The position numbers and the translations under genes are program-made. DNA of 64,000 nucleotides from Eubacteriales bacterium (GTDB taxonomy: Bacteria > Bacillota > Clostridia > Oscillospirales > QAKW01), in the NCBI GenBank assembly GCA_045593905.1, contig JAZNXL010000007.1:2101-66100 (forward strand). The letters are read 5' to 3'. The notes under the pieces were generated by a model, which did no database searches, was not told the DNA's origin, and saw only the letters and a list, made by a program, of their open reading frames with translations. Position 1 is the first letter of the stretch. Each line of letters starts with the position of its first letter. Of this stretch, positions 35,327-44,694 are shown in pieces.

Positions 35327-37175
35327 ATTCGCTTAATTCAAGCCATTTTTCTGTTAACTTATCAAGCTGTTGCTTTTTAAGTTCAAGCTCGTTACAGTAT
35401 TGTTCTAATTTAATAAAATCGTTATTGTTTTGTTCAATCAGTCGCTCAAGCTCGACAATTTGTTGTTCGAGTAAACTGATTTGTTTTTCGATAGCACTAA
35501 TTTCGTTGCGTTTTTTTGCTGCATTTGCCCTGTCTTGCTTTGTGGTATAGCCGCTATTTGATTTTTGCTGTTTTGGTTGACAAATAGCAGGTGAGGGTGT
35601 GTTGTTAAATGCTTTAATAAACTCGTCGAACTTGCCGTCAAAGACAATTATTTTGTCTTCTGATAAATATACTATTGTATCGGGTACTGTATTTAAAAAA
35701 TATCTATCGTGAGAAATAATAATTTCAGTGCCGTCGAAGTTTAAAAGCGCAGCTTCGAGGCTTTCCTTGCTGCTCATATCAAGGTGATTTGTCGGCTCGT
35801 CGAACATTAATGTGTTGTTTTTGGCAAGAGATAAAACTGCAAACTGTAATCTTGCTGATTCGCCACCTGATATATCGCTGATTTTTTTAAAAACATCATC
35901 GCCTGTAAACAGCATTGACGCAAGCGCGGTTCTTACTTGATTTTCGGTAAGAGTGGTGTATTTGTCCCAAACCTCGTCAATTACAGTTTTATTTGAGTCT
36001 TGATATATCTTGTTTTGGTCAAAAACACCAATTGAAACGTCGTTGCCCCACTTAAATTTACCTTCGTACTGTTGGTGTGAGCCAAGCAGAGCTTTAAATA
36101 ATGTTGTTTTTCCTATTCCATTCTCGCCAACTATAGCTATTTTCTGCTTTTGCTTAATATCGAGATTTAGGTTTTTAAATAAAACCCTATTCTCAATTTT
36201 CAAAGTTAAATCATTGATTTTGAGTACATCAAACCAGCTCTTTTTATCAAATGTAAATCTTACGTTGATTTTTTTGTTATATTCGGACGGAGGGAGTACC
36301 GTTTCCATCTTTTCAAGCTCTTTTCTACGGCTTTTTGCCATTGCCGATGTAGAAGCTCTCACGAGATTTCTGGCAATATAGTCTTGTAATTTTTGTTGTT
36401 TTTCTATGTACTCGTCGTATAGTTTTTGCTGATATTCGAGCTTATGCTGCTTTTGTGACTTGAAATCGGTATAATTACCAATATATTCGCAAATTTTACC
36501 AAATTCAACTTCCCAAATAGTATCGCAAACGCTATTTAAATAGTATCTGTCGTGAGTTATGCTAACGACTGCTCCATTGAACGATTTTAAGTAGTTCTCG
36601 AGCCAAGCACAAGTTTTAAAATCAAGGTGGTTGGTGGGTTCGTCTAACAGCAAAACATTACAATCAGTCAATAATAATTTTGCCAGCGCAAGCCTTGTTT
36701 TTTCACCACCGCTTAAAACATTTATTGGTTTTTTGTATGTATCTTCTTTAAAATCTAAACCGTTTAAAACGTATTTAATTTTTGTTTCGGTGTTATAAGC
36801 ATCTCTTGCAGTTATAAAAGAATATAGCTTTTCATATTCTGATTTTTCATTTAAATTGTTAATATTTAACTCTGAAAGTCGCTTTATAGCATTGTGTTCG
36901 GCTTCAAAAACCGAGTCCATCTCTTCGAAAACGGTTTTATTGCTTTCGATTAAGCTGTTTTGCGATAAATAACCTATCTTTACATTAGGGTTATAGTATA
37001 GTTCGCCGTCGTCATAATCGAGCTCTTTTGCTAAAATTTTAAACAGTGTGGTTTTGCCGGCACCATTTGAGCCAATAATACCGATTCTAGATTTAGATTT
37101 AATTACGCCAAAGACACCGTCTAAAATCTTATTTGAGCCATAATATTTGGTTAATGAATTAAAATTAATTATCAT
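35325..37175 (-). CDS. ABC-F family ATPase (two ABC domains, no TM domain, C-terminal coiled coil)
   Basis: Walker A GSNGAGKTT and GENGIGKTT. Signatures LSGGEKTRLAL and ISGGESARLQF. The C-terminal tail is a heptad-like coiled coil. Confidence 0.85.
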   Translation of the reverse strand: MIINFNSLTKYYGSNKILDGVFGVIKSKSRIGIIGSNGAGKTTLFKILAKELDYDDGELYYNPNVKIGYLSQNSLIESNKTVFEEMDSVFEAEHNAIKRLSELNINNLNEKSEYEKLYSFITARDAYNTETKIKYVLNGLDFKEDTYKKPINVLSGGEKTRLALAKLLLTDCNVLLLDEPTNHLDFKTCAWLENYLKSFNGAVVSITHDRYYLNSVCDTIWEVEFGKICEYIGNYTDFKSQKQHKLEYQQKLYDEYIEKQQKLQDYIARNLVRASTSAMAKSRRKELEKMETVLPPSEYNKKINVRFTFDKKSWFDVLKINDLTLKIENRVLFKNLNLDIKQKQKIAIVGENGIGKTTLFKALLGSHQQYEGKFKWGNDVSIGVFDQNKIYQDSNKTVIDEVWDKYTTLTENQVRTALASMLFTGDDVFKKISDISGGESARLQFAVLSLAKNNTLMFDEPTNHLDMSSKESLEAALLNFDGTEIIISHDRYFLNTVPDTIVYLSEDKIIVFDGKFDEFIKAFNNTPSPAICQPKQQKSNSGYTTKQDRANAAKKRNEISAIEKQISLLEQQIVELERLIEQNNNDFIKLEQYCNELELKKQQLDKLTEKWLELSE

Positions 37176-37827
37176 TTTTATCCTTTTTATACATATTTTT
37201 CAAAGCGGTAAGCGCTTCGTTGATACCGCCAATTCCGTCAATAAGACCTTCGTCTACTGCTTGCGTTCCGTTAATAGTTGTGCCTACGTCTGTAACAAGC
37301 TGACCTACGTTACGTAAAAGCTTATTAAAACGTTCTTTTGAAATGTTAGAATGTTTTACAATAAAATCGGTAATACGCTCTTGCATTTTTTCAAAGTTAG
37401 AAAAGCTTTGCGGTACACCGATTACCATACCATTTGTACGAACAGGGTGGATTGTCATTGTGGCAGACGGAACAATAAAAGACATTTTAGCTGCCACCGA
37501 AATCGGTACACCAATAGAATGTCCGCCGCCGATTACAAGAGATACTGTAGGTTTATTGAGTGATGCAATCATTTCGGCAATTGCAAGACCTGCTTCAACG
37601 TCACCGCCAACAGTATTTACAATAATTAAAATACCTTTAATGTTTTCGTTTAGCTCGGCATCAATCAGAAGCGGTATAATATGCTCATATTTTGTTGCTT
37701 TTCCCTGGTCGTTTGCGATATAATGACCTTCAATTTGTCCAATAATTGTTATTGTTTCTATGCCAGAAGATAGGTTAGTGCCAAACTCTTTAATTTGCTC
37801 GTTATTTTCGTTTTTCATATCACACAC
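37165..37827 (-). CDS. tepA: ClpP-fold protein, TepA (translocation-enhancing protein) family
   Basis: 220 aa. IIGQIEGH...ILIIVNTVGGDVEAGLAIAEMI...TMTIHPVR matches the ClpP/TepA-like pattern. It overlaps the ABC-F start by 11 nt. Confidence 0.7.
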   Translation of the reverse strand: MCDMKNENNEQIKEFGTNLSSGIETITIIGQIEGHYIANDQGKATKYEHIIPLLIDAELNENIKGILIIVNTVGGDVEAGLAIAEMIASLNKPTVSLVIGGGHSIGVPISVAAKMSFIVPSATMTIHPVRTNGMVIGVPQSFSNFEKMQERITDFIVKHSNISKERFNKLLRNVGQLVTDVGTTINGTQAVDEGLIDGIGGINEALTALKNMYKKDKNDN

Positions 37828-37862
37828 CTCGTTTGAGTTTAGTATGTAATAAGAAAATAATT

Positions 37863-38792
37863 TTATTCTATTTCTTTTGCGGCATTTAACAAATTAATGC
37901 ACTCTGTTACGGTATTAACTGAAGATGCATTTCTTTTAAAATCGGTTGCGTTTTTAATTCCTTTAAAGTACCAAAGCAGGTGCTTTCGAAACTCTTTTAC
38001 TGCAATTATTTCGGGTTTTGAATTAATTAAAAGCTTAAGATGTTCTATTGCAACATCAAATATGTTAACATTGCAGTCGATACCTTTAATTTGGTTAAAA
38101 ATTAAAGGGTTACCAAGTGAGGCTCGTCCGACCATAAGACTGTGAGCACCTGTATAATCTAAAACTTTGTTTGCGACTGCTTTGCTTGTTATATCGCCGT
38201 TGGCTATAACTGGAATATTAACACTATCTACAACAGATTTTATAATTTCAATATCGCTTTCACCATTATAAAATTGTTCTCTTGTTCTTCCATGAACTGT
38301 TATAAAATCAGCGTCTGCGGACTCACACATTTTTGCAAAATCAACTGCAGTTATTGAGCTTTTGTCAATACCGCTTCTGAATTTAACGCTAACAGGTAAA
38401 TTTGTATTTTGCTTTACTGCTTTTATAACGCTGTAAGCAACGTCAGGTGTTTTCATAAGTGCTGAACCGTCGCCATTGTTAAATATTTTAGGAGCAGGGC
38501 AGCCCATATTAATATCGATTGCAATTGGGGAATAGTTGTTTGTTATAAATTCTGTAGCCTTTTTGATTGGCTCGGGTTCGTGACCGAAAATTTGCATAAT
38601 AATTGGCTGCTCTGCTTTGGTAAATTCCAATAGCGATTTTGACTTGTTATCGTTATAGTAAATACCTTTAGAGCTTACCATTTCGCAAACAGTAATGTCG
38701 GCACCGTATTTTTTACAAATTTGCCTGAAAGCAGAGTCAGTAACGCCTGCCATTGGGGCAAGTATTAAGGAATTTTTTTCAAATGGTATCAT
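37863..38792 (-). CDS. dusB: tRNA dihydrouridine synthase
   Basis: LAPMAGVTDSAFRQICKKYGA...INMGCPAPK... is typical of the Dus family. Confidence 0.9.
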   Translation of the reverse strand: MIPFEKNSLILAPMAGVTDSAFRQICKKYGADITVCEMVSSKGIYYNDNKSKSLLEFTKAEQPIIMQIFGHEPEPIKKATEFITNNYSPIAIDINMGCPAPKIFNNGDGSALMKTPDVAYSVIKAVKQNTNLPVSVKFRSGIDKSSITAVDFAKMCESADADFITVHGRTREQFYNGESDIEIIKSVVDSVNIPVIANGDITSKAVANKVLDYTGAHSLMVGRASLGNPLIFNQIKGIDCNVNIFDVAIEHLKLLINSKPEIIAVKEFRKHLLWYFKGIKNATDFKRNASSVNTVTECINLLNAAKEIE

Positions 38793-38874
38793 TATAAACT
38801 CCTTTAAAAATTTTACATTTTATTTTAACATATAAAAAAACAAATGTAAACTTAAAATAAATTTTAAAAAAGTG

Positions 38875-38903
38875 TTGACAATTTAAAAATTATGTTGTAA
38901 TAT
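38875..38903 (+). promoter_or_regulatory. sigma-A promoter of the tRNA cluster
   Basis: TTGACA (38875-38880), a 17-nt spacer, then TAATAT (38898-38903), about 50 nt before the first tRNA. Confidence 0.55.
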
Positions 38904-38954
38904 ATTAAACGTTCCATCAAGCGAGGTTTAAAACCTTAAAGCAGTTGGAAATGT

Positions 38955-39031
38955 GGCGGCATAGCTCAGTTGGCTAGAGCATTCGGTTCATACCCGAAGT
39001 GTCGTTGGTTCAAATCCGACTGCCGCTACCA
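38955..39031 (+). tRNA. tRNA-Met (anticodon CAU; elongator-like, Ile2/lysidine type not excluded)
   Basis: Acceptor GGCGGCA/TGCCGCT, anticodon loop TTCATAC, T-loop GGTTCAAATCC, encoded CCA. Confidence 0.88.
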
Positions 39032-39036
39032 TCTAT

Positions 39037-39111
39037 GGCCTGTTGGTCAAGCGGTTAAGACACCGCCCTTTCACGGCGGTAACACGAGTTCGAGTCTCGT
39101 ACAGGTCACCA
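39037..39111 (+). tRNA. tRNA-Glu (anticodon UUC)
   Basis: Acceptor GGCCTGT/ACAGGTC, anticodon loop CTTTCAC, encoded CCA. Confidence 0.93.
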
Positions 39112-39114
39112 TGT

Positions 39115-39190
39115 GGAAGTTTAGCTCAGCTGGGAGAGCATCTGCCTTACAAGCAGAGGGTCAGCGGTTCGAGCCCGTTAACTTCCACCA
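39115..39190 (+). tRNA. tRNA-Val (anticodon UAC), copy 1
   Basis: Acceptor GGAAGTT/AACTTCC, anticodon loop CTTACAA, encoded CCA. Confidence 0.95.
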
Positions 39191-39191
39191 A

Positions 39192-39219
39192 AGCACCGAT
39201 TAATTCGGTGCTATTTTTT
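39192..39219 (+). terminator. terminator-like hairpin between the two tRNA-Val copies
   Basis: Stem AGCACCGA / TCGGTGCT, followed by ATTTTTT. Confidence 0.6.
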
Positions 39220-39220
39220 C

Positions 39221-39296
39221 GGAAGTTTAGCTCAGCTGGGAGAGCATCTGCCTTACAAGCAGAGGGTCAGCGGTTCGAGCCCGTTAACTTCCACCA
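39221..39296 (+). tRNA. tRNA-Val (anticodon UAC), copy 2 (identical to copy 1)
   Basis: Identical 76 nt to 39115-39190. Confidence 0.95.
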
Positions 39297-39297
39297 A

Positions 39298-39328
39298 AGC
39301 ACCGATTAATTCGGTGCTTTTTTATTTT
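39298..39328 (+). terminator. rho-independent terminator of the tRNA cluster
   Basis: Same hairpin AGCACCGA/TCGGTGCT, followed by TTTTTTATTTT. Confidence 0.75.
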
Positions 39329-39391
39329 AAATTATTGATATATTAGTTTAATAATGATATAATAATATATTATTATATTTTGGAGATTAAA

Positions 39392-41455
39392 ATGTCTTAT
39401 ATAAATTGGAATATTAAAACACAAGATTTAAGTGTTGTTAAATCTTTGTCAAAACAATTAAATTGCACCGATACGGTGTCGGTTTTGCTTTATAATAGGG
39501 GGATTACCGATGCACAGCAGGCTAAAGCTTTTTTAAACCCAAGTGATAGTCTGGTTCATAACCCATACCTGCTTAATGATATGCAAAAAGCAGTTGACTC
39601 AATTAAAGAATACATAGCTCAAAACAAAAAAATATGTATTTACGGCGATTATGATGTTGATGGCATTACATCTACAAGTGTTTTGTATTTGTATTTAAAA
39701 AGATTCACTGAAAATGTTGGATATTTTATACCAGATAGGTTTTCAGAGGGTTACGGGATTAATAATGAGGCAATCGATAAAATTAAAAATGACGGTTATC
39801 AGGTCATAATTACCGTTGACACCGGAATTTCTGCTCTTAATGAGATTGAATACGCAAATTCCCTTGGTATTGATGTTATAATTACCGACCATCACGAGTG
39901 CCAAGAAGCATTACCGAGGGCTGTTGCTATTATTAACCCTAAAAGAAAAGATAGTACATATCCTTTTGATAAACTTGCAGGCGTTGGTGTTGTTTATAAA
40001 CTTGTGTGTGCGTTAGACGTTATATTTAACACCTCTTTTGCCAACGATTATATTGACCTTGTTGCAGTTGGCACCATTGCCGATATTATGCCGCTACTCG
40101 ATGAAAACAGATATATCGTAAAACAGGGTATTGAAAAAATTTCTAACTCGCCAAACTTTGGCCTAAAGTGCTTGATTGATTTGTGTGTTTCTAACTTTCC
40201 TGTAAATTCAGGTTCTATTGGTTACGCTGTTGCACCAAGAATTAATGCTGCAGGCAGAATGGCAGATGCAGAAATTGCTGTTAATCTATTTACAACCAAC
40301 CAAATAGATATTGCTAAACAAATTGCTAACACTCTTTGCGAGTTAAACGTTGAACGCCAACAGATTGAAAACCAAATTATAATTGAAGCCGAACAAATTA
40401 TTAAAGAGCATAAATTAAATGAGAGGTATTCGGTTCTTGTTTTGTGGAACGAGGGTTGGCACAGCGGTATTATAGGTATAGTTGCATCAAAGCTTAAAGA
40501 AAAATATAATAAGCCTGTAATACTGTTTTCTGTAGATAAATACGCAAAAGGTTCGGGAAGAAGCGTAGCTCCTTTTAACCTGTATAATGCATTCGAAGAA
40601 AATAAAGATATGTTGATTCAGTATGGTGGACACAAATATGCCGCCGGCGTTTTGGTTGATAATGACAAGTTATTTGAGTTTAGAGATAAAATCTCAAAAG
40701 CTGTAGACAAGTTTTTGACTACATCAACATTTACTACCGATATAGATGTAGAATGTGTTTTGCCACCAAGTGATGTTAGCATTAAAACTGTAAATGAGAT
40801 ATCTTTGCTTCAACCTTTTGGCAAACAGAACGAAATACCGCTGTTTTGTTTAAGAAATGTTAAAATCAACGAGCTTTTTCCTATTGCCAACAACAAACAT
40901 TTAAGAATTAGATTTTCTATTGGTGCAAAGAATATTACTGCGTTTTATTTTTCAGTTGATATGCAAAAATTTGACTATCGAGAGGGCGACCTTGTCGACA
41001 TTGTATGTGAGCTCAACGAGAATGAGTACAAAAACCACAAAAGTGTTCAACTTGTAATTAAAGACTTAAGATATAATCTTGATGTTATTAATTCATATTC
41101 TGAAAGAAGAAATAGTTGTGATAACTTTAATTCGGTTTTAAAAACACATTTACCCACAAGAGCCGATATTGCTGTTGTGTATAGGTTTTTCTATCATACT
41201 TTTTCAAAAGGAAGAAACACCTTTAATCTTGATACTATTTCAAATATTATTAACAAAGATTGTCTTGTTTCGCTTAATTATGAAAAAGTATATTATTCAA
41301 TTAAAATTTTACTTGACCTGGGTGTTATTACGGGTAACGTTATTCATTCTGAATTTGTTATAAGTGACATTCCTGAGGGTAAAAAATTCTCTTTAAAAGA
41401 TTCTAAAGTACTAAATTCTATTTATGATAAAGCAGGTGTAAGCTTTGGTAATTGA
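39392..41455 (+). CDS. recJ: single-stranded-DNA-specific exonuclease RecJ
   Basis: DHH family motifs (ICIYGDYDVDGITS, TVDTG, ITDHHE) and DHHA1 (GGHKYAAG). The start at 39392 follows GGAG. Confidence 0.92.
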   Translation: MSYINWNIKTQDLSVVKSLSKQLNCTDTVSVLLYNRGITDAQQAKAFLNPSDSLVHNPYLLNDMQKAVDSIKEYIAQNKKICIYGDYDVDGITSTSVLYLYLKRFTENVGYFIPDRFSEGYGINNEAIDKIKNDGYQVIITVDTGISALNEIEYANSLGIDVIITDHHECQEALPRAVAIINPKRKDSTYPFDKLAGVGVVYKLVCALDVIFNTSFANDYIDLVAVGTIADIMPLLDENRYIVKQGIEKISNSPNFGLKCLIDLCVSNFPVNSGSIGYAVAPRINAAGRMADAEIAVNLFTTNQIDIAKQIANTLCELNVERQQIENQIIIEAEQIIKEHKLNERYSVLVLWNEGWHSGIIGIVASKLKEKYNKPVILFSVDKYAKGSGRSVAPFNLYNAFEENKDMLIQYGGHKYAAGVLVDNDKLFEFRDKISKAVDKFLTTSTFTTDIDVECVLPPSDVSIKTVNEISLLQPFGKQNEIPLFCLRNVKINELFPIANNKHLRIRFSIGAKNITAFYFSVDMQKFDYREGDLVDIVCELNENEYKNHKSVQLVIKDLRYNLDVINSYSERRNSCDNFNSVLKTHLPTRADIAVVYRFFYHTFSKGRNTFNLDTISNIINKDCLVSLNYEKVYYSIKILLDLGVITGNVIHSEFVISDIPEGKKFSLKDSKVLNSIYDKAGVSFGN

Positions 41456-43613
41456 ACAAAAAATATACAATGAATTAGTAGCAACTCTTAATGCCTCGGG
41501 CAAAGAATACGCCTTTGACAAAATTGAACGCGCTTATCAGTTTGCTAAAAATATGCATGAGGGTCAGTTCAGAAAATCAGGCGAGCCATACATTTGTCAT
41601 CCGTTAGAGGTTTCAAAAATTGTTGCCGAATTCGGTTTTGACAACGATAGCATTATAGCTGCGCTTTTACACGATGTTGTTGAAGATACTGATGTGACTC
41701 TCGAACAGCTTACCGCTGAGTTTGGTGAGGAAGTTGCAATGCTTGTTGACGGTGTTACCAAACTTGGTAAAATACCTTATTCTTCGCGTGAAGAGCAACA
41801 AATGGAATATCTTCGTAAAATGTTTTTTGCTATGGCAAAAGATATTCGTGTAATTGTTATCAAGCTTGCAGACAGGCTTCATAATATGCGTACTCTCGGT
41901 GCTTGCGAAAGCGAAAAACAATTACGCATCGCTCTCGAAACTATTGAAATTTTTGCTCCGCTTTCACATAGGCTCGGTATGCAAAAAGTTAAGGTTGAGC
42001 TCGAAGATACTTCGCTTATGTATCTTGACCCGGTCGGTTTTGAAATGATTCAAAAAAAGCTAAAAGAATCGACAAATGACCGAGATAAGCTAATTGCCGA
42101 TATTAGCGAAAAAATTCAAAGCAGGCTTATTGAATACAGGCTTAATTTTGAACTTAAGCATAGAATTAAGCATCCATTTAGTATATACAAAAAGATTTTT
42201 ACTCAAAACAAATCTTTTGAAGAGCTATACGATATTTATGCTTTCAGGGTTATTTGTGACTCTGTCAATGACTGTTACTATATTTTGGGCCTTATACACG
42301 ACTTGTTTAATCCGATACCCGGTAGGTTTAAGGACTATATATCAACACCTAAACCTAATATGTATCAGTCATTACACACCACTGTTATTGGCAAAGCAGG
42401 TGTGCCATTTGAGGTTCAGATTAGAACCTGGGATATGCACAAAACAGCGGAATACGGTATCGCTGCGCATTGGAAATACAAAAACAACTTATCAAAAAGC
42501 AATGTTGAGTTTGACTCAAAGCTAACTTGGGTAAGAAATGTAATTGAGATGCAAGATGATGCAGGAACCACCGAAGACGTTATCAAGTCGCTAAAGGTTG
42601 ATTTGTTTTCTGACGAGGTTTTTGTATTTACACCAAAAGGCGATGTTGTCAACTTACCTGTTGGCTCAAACGTTATTGACTTTGCTTATGCTATTCACAG
42701 CGCAGTTGGTAACAAAATGGTGGGTGCTAAAGTAAACGGTAAAATCGTAAACCTTGATTACCAATTAAAAACAGGTGAAATTGCTGAGGTTATTACAACC
42801 TCTTCTCAAGCTCACGGTCCTTCTCGTGATTGGCTTTCTCTTGTTAAAACAAACGAGGCAAGAACAAAAATCAGGCAGTGGTTTAAAAGAGAAAGACGCG
42901 ATGAAAACATTGCGGTTGGCGTTTCGGCACTTGAACAAGAGTTTAAAAGTCTTGGTGTTTCACTTGATAATCCAAAAACAAAAGAGCTGTTAAAGACTGT
43001 AAGTGAGAATATGCACTTTACCACTATTGAGGATATGCAGGCCGCCATTGGTTATGGTGCGGCATCTGCTCAAAAAATAGCTGTTAAAGTGCGAGATGCA
43101 ATTACTCGTCTTAAAAATGCCGAGGAACTTAAAATAGCGCCTGTTGCTAAAAAGAAAGTAACCGACGGAGGCGTATCGGTTGAGGGTATTGATAATTGCT
43201 TAATAAAGTTTGCCAAATGCTGTAATCCGCTACCAGGTGATTTTATTATTGGCTTTATAACCAAAGGATATGGCGTATCTATTCACAATATCAATTGCCC
43301 TAATGTTAAATACGGAATGGAAGCTGACCCTAATAGATGGTTAAAAGCATCTTGGGAGAATAACGAAACAAAATTCTTTACTACTACAATCGATATTGAA
43401 GTTAAAAACGTTGTTGGCGTTATGGTTAAAATTACTTCTGTACTTGCAGATTTAAAAGTTTCGGTACGTTCGTTTAACGCACGCGAAAACAACGCTGATA
43501 CGGCAATTATTACAGTTTCTATGGATGTTAAAAGCGTTGACCATCTAAATTTCATTATCAATAAATTAATCAGAAGCAAGCATGTAATTAATGTTACAAG
43601 AGCATCGAATTAG
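41445..43613 (+). CDS. relA: bifunctional (p)ppGpp synthetase/hydrolase, RelA/SpoT (Rel) family
   Basis: HD hydrolase domain (HPLEV...LHDVVEDT), synthetase domain (YQSLHTTV, VQIRT), and TGS and ACT regions. TTG start after AGGTG, overlapping the recJ stop. Confidence 0.93.
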   Translation: MVIEQKIYNELVATLNASGKEYAFDKIERAYQFAKNMHEGQFRKSGEPYICHPLEVSKIVAEFGFDNDSIIAALLHDVVEDTDVTLEQLTAEFGEEVAMLVDGVTKLGKIPYSSREEQQMEYLRKMFFAMAKDIRVIVIKLADRLHNMRTLGACESEKQLRIALETIEIFAPLSHRLGMQKVKVELEDTSLMYLDPVGFEMIQKKLKESTNDRDKLIADISEKIQSRLIEYRLNFELKHRIKHPFSIYKKIFTQNKSFEELYDIYAFRVICDSVNDCYYILGLIHDLFNPIPGRFKDYISTPKPNMYQSLHTTVIGKAGVPFEVQIRTWDMHKTAEYGIAAHWKYKNNLSKSNVEFDSKLTWVRNVIEMQDDAGTTEDVIKSLKVDLFSDEVFVFTPKGDVVNLPVGSNVIDFAYAIHSAVGNKMVGAKVNGKIVNLDYQLKTGEIAEVITTSSQAHGPSRDWLSLVKTNEARTKIRQWFKRERRDENIAVGVSALEQEFKSLGVSLDNPKTKELLKTVSENMHFTTIEDMQAAIGYGAASAQKIAVKVRDAITRLKNAEELKIAPVAKKKVTDGGVSVEGIDNCLIKFAKCCNPLPGDFIIGFITKGYGVSIHNINCPNVKYGMEADPNRWLKASWENNETKFFTTTIDIEVKNVVGVMVKITSVLADLKVSVRSFNARENNADTAIITVSMDVKSVDHLNFIINKLIRSKHVINVTRASN

Positions 43614-43621
43614 GAGTTAAA

Positions 43622-44068
43622 ATGAAAGCAGTTTGCCAAAGAGTAAAAAGCGCAACCTTGTATTGCGAAGATGAACTAATATCTAAAATTGAAAAAGGTT
43701 TTTTGGTTTACGTCGGCTTTAATCATACTGACGATGAGAAAACCATTGAAAAACCTTTAAAAAAGATATGTGGACTCAGAGTTTTTGATGACGCCGACGG
43801 CAAACTCAATCTTGCGTTAAAAGATGTTGGAGGGAGCGTTTTGCTCGTGTCTAATTTTACTCTGTACGCCGATTGTTCAAGAGGCTATAGACCTTCTTTT
43901 ATTGAAAGCGCAAAGTTTGAACATGCTCAAAAACTTTATAATAGTTGCTTAAAATATATCAAAGAACAGGGTATTGATGTAAAGCCCTGTGTATTTGGCG
44001 GTGAAATGTTTATTGACTCTGTTGCTGATGGGCCAATTAACATTATAATTGACAGCGAGGAACTATAA
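43622..44068 (+). CDS. dtd: D-aminoacyl-tRNA deacylase
   Basis: 148 aa with a typical Dtd pattern (MKAVCQRV...LLVSNFTLYAD...GPINIIIDS). Confidence 0.92.
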   Translation: MKAVCQRVKSATLYCEDELISKIEKGFLVYVGFNHTDDEKTIEKPLKKICGLRVFDDADGKLNLALKDVGGSVLLVSNFTLYADCSRGYRPSFIESAKFEHAQKLYNSCLKYIKEQGIDVKPCVFGGEMFIDSVADGPINIIIDSEEL

Positions 44069-44685
44069 TGCTAAGAACTTATTGTATTACTGTTGGCTAT
44101 ATGCAAAGCAACTGTTATGTTGTTTTTGATGATAGAAAAGCTGTTATTATAGACCCCGGCGATGAGGCTGAAAAAATTATTACCGCAATTAAAAATACAT
44201 ACTTAGAGCCCGAAGCGGTGCTTTTAACTCATGCGCATTTTGACCACTTTGGCGCTGCAAATCAAATTACAAAGGTTTTTGACATACCTTTAATAGTTGA
44301 TGTTAACGATAAGCCATTATTGACTGATGCCGACCTTAACCTTAGTAATAACTTTTTGTATTCACCAATTACATATAGCGGCAAGGTAGAGGTTGTTCAT
44401 AATCAAACACTTAAGCTTATAGGGCATAATTTCAGCTTTATTTCAACACCGGGTCACACACCGGGTTCGTGTTGTATTTTAGTTGAAGATAAGCTTTTTA
44501 CAGGCGATACACTGTTTAAATTGTCAGTAGGTAAGGCTTTTGCCCCGTATGGCAGCACTGAACTTGAAATAGCCTCTATTAAAAAGAGACTTTGTGTTTA
44601 TGAAAGAGATTTTGTTTGTCTTCCGGGACACGGTGAACAAACAACCTTGTTTTACGAAATGTATCATAATCCCTATTTGATATAA
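44068..44685 (+). CDS. MBL-fold metallo-hydrolase
   Basis: THAHFDHFG (HxHxDH motif) and a later GHTPGS. Start overlaps the dtd stop. Confidence 0.88.
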   Translation: MLRTYCITVGYMQSNCYVVFDDRKAVIIDPGDEAEKIITAIKNTYLEPEAVLLTHAHFDHFGAANQITKVFDIPLIVDVNDKPLLTDADLNLSNNFLYSPITYSGKVEVVHNQTLKLIGHNFSFISTPGHTPGSCCILVEDKLFTGDTLFKLSVGKAFAPYGSTELEIASIKKRLCVYERDFVCLPGHGEQTTLFYEMYHNPYLI

Positions 44686-44694
44686 GAGGTATAA

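Larger units (their letters stand above)
39115..39326 (+). repeat. tandem direct duplication, period 106 bp (tRNA-Val + hairpin)
   Basis: 39115-39212 and 39221-39318 are identical over 98 nt. They diverge only in the T-run after the hairpin. Confidence 0.95.

Noticed and set aside
35325-37175. ABC-F protein considered as an antibiotic-resistance (ARE) ribosomal protection factor.
   Set aside because: The inter-domain linker length and C-terminal coiled coil fit housekeeping ABC-F proteins equally well. Subfamily assignment needs phylogeny, so no resistance claim is made.
38970-39309. Two ORFs (77 and 88 aa) spanning the tRNA cluster, sharing the peptide FSSAGRASALQAEGQRFEPVNFHQSTD.
   Set aside because: They are read-throughs of tRNA-Met/Glu/Val genes. 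The shared peptide simply reflects the duplicated tRNA-Val.
42094-42525. 143-aa same-strand alternative-frame ORF inside relA.
   Set aside because: It has no RBS and its sequence is low-complexity Leu/Thr-rich. The relA frame carries all conserved synthetase motifs across this span.
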